Source: Paraconexibacteraceae bacterium (lineage in GTDB: Bacteria > Actinomycetota > Thermoleophilia > Solirubrobacterales > Solirubrobacteraceae). From it: DNA of 32,000 nt. The notes beneath the pieces are model-generated. The model ran no database searches, was not told the DNA's origin, and saw only the letters and a program-made list of their open reading frames with translations. Below are positions 19,010-25,818 of the stretch, piece after piece. The stretch covers positions 71,421 through 103,420 of the forward strand of contig CAVXAS010000007.1 of assembly GCA_963759825.1 (NCBI GenBank), written 5' to 3'. The position numbers and the translations under genes were made by a program. Positions within the stretch are counted from its first letter, which is position 1. Each line of letters starts with the position of its first letter.

Positions 19010-20509
19010 ATGTGGGACAGTTGCGGCATGCAGCGAGCGAGCGGGGCGGGACCGCGGGTCGCCGTCATCGGCGCGGGCGTGTCGGGAATGGCGATGGGCC
19101 TTCGCCTGCTGAAGGCCGGGCGGGCGTTCGCGATCTTCGAGAAGGGCCCCGAGGTCGGCGGCACGTGGCGCGACAACCGCTACCCGGGACTGACGATCGA
19201 CGTGCCGTCGCCGCTGTACACGTTCGCCGGCCACCGCCACCCCGGCTGGCGGCGCTGGATGCCCGACCACCACGAGATCCTCGAGTACCACGCCGGCGTG
19301 GCGACACGGACCGGCCTGCGCGAGCACATCCGCTTCGACAGCGAGGTCATCGCCGCGACCTGGACGGGTGTGGCATGGGACGTCGAGACCGTCCGCGGGG
19401 ACCGCGAGACGTTCGACGTCCTCGTCTGCGCGTCGGGGTTCCTGCACCATCCGCGGATCCCGGACATCGAGGGGCTCGGGGCCTTCGCCGGTGAGCTCGT
19501 GCACTCGGCGCGCTGGCGCGACGAGATCGTCACCCGCGGGCAGCGCGTCGGCGTCGTCGGCAACGGCTCGACCGGGATCCAGCTGGTGTCCGCCCTCGCC
19601 GGCGTCGCGTCGCACGTGACGATGTTCCAGCGCACGCCGCAGTGGGTCTTCCCGTTGCCGAACTTCGACATCCCCGGCGTCGTTCGTGGCGCACTCGGGC
19701 TGCTGCCGAGGTCCAGCGACGTCCTCGTCGAGGGGATGGTCCGCTTCGCCGACTGGTTCGTCGGCGGCGCCTCGATCCGCGACGACTGGCGTCGCGCGAT
19801 CGCGCTACGCGTGGCGCGCCAGCACCTCGGCAGCGTCGCCGACCCCGAGCTGCGGGCGAAGCTGACGCCCCCTGACACGGTGCTGTGCAAGCGGCCCGTC
19901 GTCTCGTCGCAGTTCTACAAAGTCGTCCAGCGCGACGACGTGGCCGTGGTGACCGACCCGATCGAGCGCGTCGTCGCGGAGGGCGTCGTGACGGGCGACG
20001 GGACGACACACGCGCTCGACGTCATGGTCCTCGCCACCGGCTTCGAGGCGCACAACTACATGCGGCCGATCGCGATCCGCGGGGAGGACGGCCTCACGCT
20101 CGACGCGGCCTGGGCCAGCGGGCCGCACGGCTATCGCACCGTGTCGCTGACCGGCTTCCCCAACCTGTTCATGCTGATGGGGCCGCACAGCCCGCTGAAC
20201 ACGATCGCGATCCACGAGAGCGCCGAGCTGCAGAGCGACTACGTCATGCAGATGCTCGACGTGATCGGCCGCGGTGACGTCGTGTGTCTCCAGCCGACCG
20301 CCGCCGCGACCGAGCGCTGGCTCGACTACATCCGCGCGGGCGTGCCCGGAACGGTGTGGGCGAGCGGATGCAACAGCTGGTACCTGATGGACGGCGACAC
20401 GCCTGTGCTGTGGCCCTACGATCGCCGGGCCTGGCACGACACGCTGCGCCGCCCGGACCTCGCCGACTACGAGGTCCGCCGCGTCGAGGTTCAGGGCGTC
20501 TCGCAGTAG
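19010..20509 (+). CDS. Flavin-dependent monooxygenase, Baeyer-Villiger/FMO type
   Basis: FAD GxGxxG motif GAGVSG (19070-19087), then GGTWRDNRYPG. The fingerprint FAGELVHSARW fits FxGxxxHxxxW. A second dinucleotide motif is GNGSTG. An alternative start is ATG 19028. Confidence 0.85.
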   Translation: MWDSCGMQRASGAGPRVAVIGAGVSGMAMGLRLLKAGRAFAIFEKGPEVGGTWRDNRYPGLTIDVPSPLYTFAGHRHPGWRRWMPDHHEILEYHAGVATRTGLREHIRFDSEVIAATWTGVAWDVETVRGDRETFDVLVCASGFLHHPRIPDIEGLGAFAGELVHSARWRDEIVTRGQRVGVVGNGSTGIQLVSALAGVASHVTMFQRTPQWVFPLPNFDIPGVVRGALGLLPRSSDVLVEGMVRFADWFVGGASIRDDWRRAIALRVARQHLGSVADPELRAKLTPPDTVLCKRPVVSSQFYKVVQRDDVAVVTDPIERVVAEGVVTGDGTTHALDVMVLATGFEAHNYMRPIAIRGEDGLTLDAAWASGPHGYRTVSLTGFPNLFMLMGPHSPLNTIAIHESAELQSDYVMQMLDVIGRGDVVCLQPTAAATERWLDYIRAGVPGTVWASGCNSWYLMDGDTPVLWPYDRRAWHDTLRRPDLADYEVRRVEVQGVSQ

Positions 20510-23263
20510 CTAGGCGCTCTGCGCCACGGTCTCGCGCTGCGCCTCGCCCGGGAGCGGGAACCAGCGCATCCGCTCATAGGAGTCGGGCAGCACGGGGTCC
20601 TCGATCGGCGCCTCGTGCGCCAGCTGGGCCGGAAGCGACGCCACCAGCCGGCGCGCCGCCTCGAGCTGCTCGGCGAGAACCTGCTCGGGCGCCGTGGCGC
20701 GCTGGGCGTGGAACTCCATCGCCCCGCTCGCATACGACACGTCGTAGAGGCTGACCGGGGGACGGCTGCGCGCGTCGCGGTGGTGCCACAGGCCGGTGAA
20801 CGGATCGAAGCGGTACAGCGTCAGCAGCTTGGCGCCGTCGCGGGCGATGAGGTGGACGGCGTCGATCACGTAGTCGACGACCGCCGGGCTGACGAAGTAG
20901 TTGAAGTTCATCCGGAACCAGCCGAGCTTCGCGCCCTCATGGCCGGCCATCACCTCGCACAGCATCGCGTCGACGCTGTCGTCGTCGATCCCGCTCAGAC
21001 GTTGCATGTACGGCCCGGCGCAGAAGCAGCCGCCGCGCGCCTGGATCCCGAACAGGTCGTTGAGCACCGACACGACGAAGTGCGGATGCAGCATCCCGCG
21101 CGCGTGGCGCACGCCGAGCGAGACGATCGACAGGCGGGGGAGATCGGTGCTTCCGAGGATCTCGATGTTCGGGTCACGCGACCACGAGGCGATCGCCCGG
21201 CGGACGTGCGCCTCCTCGCGCTGTTCGATCGCGCGCGCGCCGACGGCGCTCTTGAGCTGGAACACCAGGCCGCAGCGGATCGACTCGACGATCGCGGGAG
21301 TGCCGGCCTCCTCGCGGTGCTCGTGCTCGTCGAGATAGCGCTGGGAGTCGGTGGTCACGAACGCGACCGTCCCGCCACCGGGAACTGTGGGCACCGGGCT
21401 GTCGAGCAGCGCGCGCTTGACGACGAGGACGCCGGGGGTTCCCGGTCCGCCGATGAACTTGTGCGGGGAGAGGAAGACCGCGTCCTTGAAGGCCAGGTGC
21501 CCGTCGGCGCCGTCGACGGCGGGGTTCATCTCGATCTCCAGATACGGCCCCGCCGCGGCGTAGTCCCAGAAGGACAGCGCGTCGTGACGGTGCAGCAGCG
21601 TGGCCACGGCGTCGACGTCGGTGATGATCCCGGTGACGTTCGACGCAGCCGAGAAGCTGCCGATCTTCAGCGACCGGTCGGCGTGCGCCTCGAGCTCGGC
21701 GCGCAGGTGGTCCTGATCCAGCCGCCCTTGGGCGTCCTCCCTGATGACGCGCACGTCGGCGATCGACTCGCGCCACATCAGCTCGTTGGAGTGGTGCTCG
21801 TAAGGCCCGATGAAGACGACCGGCCGCTCGTGCGCGGGGATCGCCGCCGACAGCCCGTAGCGCGCGTCGAGGCGCTCGGGGATGCGCAGGCCCAGCGCGC
21901 GCACGAGCTTGTCGATCGCCGCCGTCGCACCCGACCCGCAGAACAGCACGACGTCCTCGTCACAGCCGCCGACGGCCTCGTGGACGATTCGCCGCGCATC
22001 GTCGCGCAGGCGCATCGTCTGGCGCCCGGTCGCCGACGACTCGGTGTGGGTGTTGGCATACAGCGGGAGGACCTCGCGCTGGATGAAGTCCTCGATGAAG
22101 CTCAACGAGCGGCCGGAGGCGGTGTAGTCGGCGTAGACGATGCGCTTGGGACCGAACGGGCCCGGCAGCACGAGGTCGTCACCGATCACCGAACGCCCGA
22201 CGAGCTCGACCAGCGCGTCGCGTTCGCGCTCTCCCGGCTCGAGCTGGGAGGCCGGAGCGAGCAGGTCCGGTGACTCGACGGCGTCCTCGGCGGTGTTCGC
22301 AGCGCCCCTGGCGAGGAGCCGGGCGCGCGCGCCGTCGACCCGGTGCTGGGCCTCGATGAGGTTCGCGACCACCGCATCGAGGACGTCGAGGTGCAGCGGC
22401 GAGCGGCTGTCGGAGAGCTCGTCGAGCGTGTCGGCGCTCAGCTCGAGCAGGACGGCGTCGCCGAGCGCGCAGCAGGTCGCGCTGCGGGTCCCGCGGTCGA
22501 CCAGCGCGAGCTCGCCGAACGCCTTGCCGGGCCCGAGCGTGCCGAGACGGTGGTGGCGCCCCTCGCGCGCGACCGCGACCTCGATCATCCCGGCGGCGAC
22601 CACGAGCAGCGAATCGGCGCCCTCCCCCGCGGCGAACACGACCTCGCCGTCGCTCACGGCACGCTCGGACATGCGCTCGAGCAGGCGCTCGAGGTCCTTG
22701 TCGGCGACACGTTCGAAGAAGGTGCAGCGGCGCAGGACCTGCAGTCGCGCGCGGTCCGCGGGCCGTCGCCGCGCCGGCGCGCGCCGCTCGGCGGGGGCGC
22801 CGCCGGCGTCGGCGGCGTCGCCGACGGCGTCGGTGCTGCTGCGCACACGCGCGCAGAGCTCGCGCGCCAGTCGTGCAAGCACCTTGTGCGCGAGCGGGCG
22901 GCCGAGCTTGCGCATGACGCGGAAGTCCGCGGTGTCCAATGCAAAGCCGGATACCGGCTCGAGTGCGATCACCGTCGCGGTGTGGCGGCTCGATCCGTTG
23001 AGCGCCGCCTCGCCGAGGATCGCCCCAGGTCCGCTCACCGTCAGCGGAACGACCGCACCGTGTCTCGTCGCGTGCACCGCAAGGCGTCCCTCCGTCGGCA
23101 GGAACAGGCGGTCGGCGGACGCGCCCTGCCGGAAGAGGATGTCCCGCGCCGCGAGCTCGAACGGGCGCAGCATCCCGGCCAGCTCCGTGCGCTCGGCCTC
23201 GTCGAGATCGGCGAACAGGGACGCGCCGGCGACCGCCTCCGGCGCCCAGTGATGCGCGCTCAT
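20510..23263 (-). CDS. Fusion protein: two cNMP-binding domains plus a class V aminotransferase/cysteine-desulfurase-fold PLP domain (917 aa)
   Basis: ATG 23263 overlaps the upstream stop (ATGA). CNB1 spans aa ~15-125 (GEAALNGSSRHTATV). CNB2 spans aa ~175-285, with the canonical phosphate-binding cassette FGELALVDRGTRSAT (22475-22519). The PLP domain starts at about aa 370: YADYTASGRSLSFIE, YANTHTESSATG, and the PLP lysine in SPHKF (codon 21458-21460). The ORF extension 23264-23569 is Arg-rich junk. Confidence 0.85.
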   Translation of the reverse strand: MSAHHWAPEAVAGASLFADLDEAERTELAGMLRPFELAARDILFRQGASADRLFLPTEGRLAVHATRHGAVVPLTVSGPGAILGEAALNGSSRHTATVIALEPVSGFALDTADFRVMRKLGRPLAHKVLARLARELCARVRSSTDAVGDAADAGGAPAERRAPARRRPADRARLQVLRRCTFFERVADKDLERLLERMSERAVSDGEVVFAAGEGADSLLVVAAGMIEVAVAREGRHHRLGTLGPGKAFGELALVDRGTRSATCCALGDAVLLELSADTLDELSDSRSPLHLDVLDAVVANLIEAQHRVDGARARLLARGAANTAEDAVESPDLLAPASQLEPGERERDALVELVGRSVIGDDLVLPGPFGPKRIVYADYTASGRSLSFIEDFIQREVLPLYANTHTESSATGRQTMRLRDDARRIVHEAVGGCDEDVVLFCGSGATAAIDKLVRALGLRIPERLDARYGLSAAIPAHERPVVFIGPYEHHSNELMWRESIADVRVIREDAQGRLDQDHLRAELEAHADRSLKIGSFSAASNVTGIITDVDAVATLLHRHDALSFWDYAAAGPYLEIEMNPAVDGADGHLAFKDAVFLSPHKFIGGPGTPGVLVVKRALLDSPVPTVPGGGTVAFVTTDSQRYLDEHEHREEAGTPAIVESIRCGLVFQLKSAVGARAIEQREEAHVRRAIASWSRDPNIEILGSTDLPRLSIVSLGVRHARGMLHPHFVVSVLNDLFGIQARGGCFCAGPYMQRLSGIDDDSVDAMLCEVMAGHEGAKLGWFRMNFNYFVSPAVVDYVIDAVHLIARDGAKLLTLYRFDPFTGLWHHRDARSRPPVSLYDVSYASGAMEFHAQRATAPEQVLAEQLEAARRLVASLPAQLAHEAPIEDPVLPDSYERMRWFPLPGEAQRETVAQSA

Positions 23264-24270
23264 GCCGGCGCCCCCGCGGCCATGCGCGACCGCGCTCGCT
23301 CGGCAATGTCGAGGCTCCTGATGAGGTCGGCCTCGATCGCCGCTGCGAACGCGCGCGAGCGCGCGCCGGGCGAGCGCAGCAGCCGCGCGAAATCGTCGCG
23401 GTCGATCGCCAGGATCAGTGACCGCTCGCGCGCCACCGACGACACCGGCGCGGGCTCGCCGTCCAGCAGGCCGACGTACCCGAAGGCGCGGCCCGGGCCG
23501 GCGAAGCCGACGCGCGGATCGCCCCGGCGCGGGACGTCCTCGACGGCGCCATTGAGGGTGACGTAGCACGCCTGCGGCTGCGTCCCCACGTGCTGGACAA
23601 CATGCCCGCGCGGGACGCAGAGCAGCCGCCCGCGGGCGAGCAGGTCGGCGACGAGCTCAAGCTCGAGCTGCTCGAACATCGCCAGGCGCGACAGGTAGGA
23701 GATCGGCGGCACCGCCGCCACCGGCTCTGATCGCGGCCTCTCGGTGGGGCCGGCGCGGCGCGGCTCGATCGCGTCCACCGTTGCCGCGAACTCGGCCAGC
23801 CTGCGGCGCAGGCGCGCGCACGCGATCGCGACGATGCGCCGCCGCAGCTCCAGTGCGCTCTGCTGGCCCGACGCCGTGCGCGCCTCGAATTCCGGCCGGC
23901 TCAAGAACAGCAGCGAGCACGGCCCGAGCGCTCGCACCGTCGCCGTGCGAGTACCGCCGCCCAGCAGCGGCAGCTCGCCGAGCACTTCGCCGGCCCCGAG
24001 TCGCGCGAGCTCCAGCTCGCGCTCCCCCGGGAGCCGCCGGCACACATGGACGATGCCCTCGAGCAGGACGTACAGGCCATCGGACGGCGTCGTCTGCCGC
24101 CACAGGATCTCGCCCGCGTCCAGCTCGATGCGCTTGAAGGCCGACGCGAAGTCGGCCAGGTCGTCGTCGCTGAGACCGTGGAAGAGCGGGATGGCGGCGA
24201 GCAGCCCGGCGGGACCCGTGGCTCGCCGTCGGCGTGCGACGGCGATGTCGGCGACGGCGAAGTCAGACAT
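23260..24270 (-). CDS. Stand-alone tandem cNMP-binding domain protein (336 aa, no HTH)
   Basis: Domain 1 reads IPLFHGLSDDDLADFA...GEVLGELPLLGGGTRTATVRAL, an intact PBC. Domain 2 reads LAMFEQLELELVADLL...GRAFGYVGLLDGEPAPVSSVA, a PBC lacking the Glu and Arg. No DNA-binding or enzymatic domain is visible. Confidence 0.85.
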   Translation of the reverse strand: MSDFAVADIAVARRRRATGPAGLLAAIPLFHGLSDDDLADFASAFKRIELDAGEILWRQTTPSDGLYVLLEGIVHVCRRLPGERELELARLGAGEVLGELPLLGGGTRTATVRALGPCSLLFLSRPEFEARTASGQQSALELRRRIVAIACARLRRRLAEFAATVDAIEPRRAGPTERPRSEPVAAVPPISYLSRLAMFEQLELELVADLLARGRLLCVPRGHVVQHVGTQPQACYVTLNGAVEDVPRRGDPRVGFAGPGRAFGYVGLLDGEPAPVSSVARERSLILAIDRDDFARLLRSPGARSRAFAAAIEADLIRSLDIAERARSRMAAGAPA

Positions 24271-25186
24271 CGAGGTCGACCGTCTCCAGAGACAGCCCGT
24301 CGGCGTCGCGGGTGACGCTCAGAAGCGAGTACTCAGGGACCTCGAGCCACGTCGCGGTGTCGGCGGTCAGCGGCTCGGAGGCGATCATCAGCGACTGCGG
24401 CCGGTCGTCGCTGGCGAGCATCTGCCAGCCGTCCTCGTGGTCGACGTATGACCGGCCTGCCGTGTACCAGAGGCTGACGTAGGGAAGGTCGAGCTCGAGC
24501 ATCGGATCGTCGCTCGGATACCAGCCGTAGTCCATGGCGAAGCGCGTGGCCACGAGGCAGCGGCTGGTCGCCAGGAAGAGGTTCAGCGGTGAGCAGGTGT
24601 CGATGCCGTGGCGGGCGCGCGCGTCGCGCAGGATCTGCAGCACGGCGATCGTTGCCTCGACGAGGTCGGCCGCCGCGGGCTCTGCGGCCCGGTCGCCGAG
24701 CTGCGCCAGCAGCAGCGCGTAGATCCACTCCGAGTCCGTGGTCCCGCTGATGTGCCGGCTCACGGACTTGGGCAGGTGCTCGACCAGGTCGTAGCGCATC
24801 GCGTGGAAGTCGCGCAGGTGGCCGTTGTGGGCCATCACGAAGCCGGCGCCGGGGAACGCGAACGGATGCAGGTTGAGCTCGGAGACGACGTCGTCCGAGG
24901 CCCAGGTGACGCCGCGGACGTGCGCGAGCAGGCACGTCGGGGCGAGCTTGCGGCTCATGCTCTGCAGGTTGCGGTCGTAGTTGGGCAGCGCCGTTACGCG
25001 GTAGGTGAAGGGCTCGTCCCCGTGGACGGACCGGTCATCCCAGGCCGCGAGGCCGAAGCCCGCGAGGTTCAGGAACGAGTCCATCATCCGCGGGCGGTAG
25101 CACTGGTGCACGAGCGAGCTGTCGGTCTCGTAGAGGATGCCTTCGAGCGAGACGGGCTCACCGAGATATCCGAGGACGCGGCACAT
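24263..25186 (-). CDS. Class II (Ntn) glutamine amidotransferase-fold amidohydrolase, EgtC/YafJ-like
   Basis: The protein starts Met-Cys (MCRVLGYLGEPVSL; Cys codon 25181-25183), the hallmark N-terminal nucleophile. A GGAG SD lies about 11 nt upstream. It overlaps the next gene by 8 nt. Confidence 0.85.
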   Translation of the reverse strand: MCRVLGYLGEPVSLEGILYETDSSLVHQCYRPRMMDSFLNLAGFGLAAWDDRSVHGDEPFTYRVTALPNYDRNLQSMSRKLAPTCLLAHVRGVTWASDDVVSELNLHPFAFPGAGFVMAHNGHLRDFHAMRYDLVEHLPKSVSRHISGTTDSEWIYALLLAQLGDRAAEPAAADLVEATIAVLQILRDARARHGIDTCSPLNLFLATSRCLVATRFAMDYGWYPSDDPMLELDLPYVSLWYTAGRSYVDHEDGWQMLASDDRPQSLMIASEPLTADTATWLEVPEYSLLSVTRDADGLSLETVDLDV

Positions 25187-25201
25187 GGTCTTACAGCTCC
25201 G

Positions 25202-25732
25202 CTAGCCGTCGCTCGGCCGTGCCGGCAGCTGGCACACGCCGCCGGCGCAGACCATGTCGGGGTCGTTGCTCTTCCATCCACGCTGCACGAGCCGGCGGTG
25301 CAGCTCGCAGCCCAGGCAGAGGCCGAGGGCGGTCTCCATCCACATCAGCGTCAGGCAGATCGCGCACAGCGTGGCCGGCAGGGCGCCGCGGATGCCGCTG
25401 TTGGTGATGATCGTCATCGCGAACGCCATCCCGAGCCCGAGGTGCCAGGCGAACATCTTGGGCTCGGCGGAGACCCAGTCGGGCGGGTAGCGGCGCGTCA
25501 GCCGGTGAGCGGCGACGCCGACAGGGCTACGGCGGATGCCGAACCTCGTCCTGACCAGGAACTCGACGAAGAAGAACGACGCCGCGGCCTGAAGCGGCAG
25601 GTATGCCTGGTCGAAGAACGCCAGGCAGAACCCGACGGCGCCGATCACCAGGGTTATCCCGGCTGCTGCACGCACGGCGTGCTCGTTGACGACGTCGTCG
25701 GCGGGCTCGATCGGGGTGACGACGGTGGACAT
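25202..25732 (-). CDS. Multi-pass membrane protein, DUF4395-like, with C-terminal Cys motifs
   Basis: About four hydrophobic helices. C-terminal CAICLTLMWMETALGLCLGCELH and CAGGVCQ. The family call is from memory of the conserved CxGC. ATG 25732 is preferred over TTG 25759, which lies inside the intergenic repeats. Confidence 0.65.
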   Translation of the reverse strand: MSTVVTPIEPADDVVNEHAVRAAAGITLVIGAVGFCLAFFDQAYLPLQAAASFFFVEFLVRTRFGIRRSPVGVAAHRLTRRYPPDWVSAEPKMFAWHLGLGMAFAMTIITNSGIRGALPATLCAICLTLMWMETALGLCLGCELHRRLVQRGWKSNDPDMVCAGGVCQLPARPSDG

Positions 25733-25755
25733 GTGCGCATGTCTACTCGCGCGAT

Positions 25756-25784
25756 GCAACCCGATCGCAACCCGAACGCAAGCG
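25756..25784. promoter_or_regulatory. Three direct heptads with exact 11-bp phasing (GCAACCC GATC GCAACCC GAAC GCAAGCG), candidate SARP box
   Basis: The heptads start at 25756, 25767 and 25778, in the divergent spacer between the cNMP/PLP operon and the SARP-family regulator gene. Confidence 0.5.
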
Positions 25785-25818
25785 CTTGGAACGCGCCTAC
25801 CGTGGGTACTCTTGCCCG

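Noticed and set aside
16259-19615. An 1118-aa minus-strand ORF, plus other very long alternate-frame or antisense ORFs: 1940-3670(-), 3695-5287(-), 8506-10101(-), 13256-14977(+), 15082-16830(+), 20615-22273(+), 26449-27831(-), 27482-28750(+).
   Set aside because: Their translations are Arg/Pro/Ala/Gly-rich low-complexity text with no motifs. They lie antisense or out of frame to genes with clear domain signatures and GC3 bias. These are typical shadow ORFs caused by stop-codon scarcity in high-GC DNA.
23264-23569. A 102-codon N-terminal extension of the CNB-PLP fusion ORF, and similar extensions at 6867-7418, 12906-13070 and 13136-13312.
   Set aside because: The extensions are Arg-rich nonsense overlapping the preceding real gene. 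Internal ATG starts with ATGA coupling or a strong SD give proteins that begin exactly at the domain N-termini.
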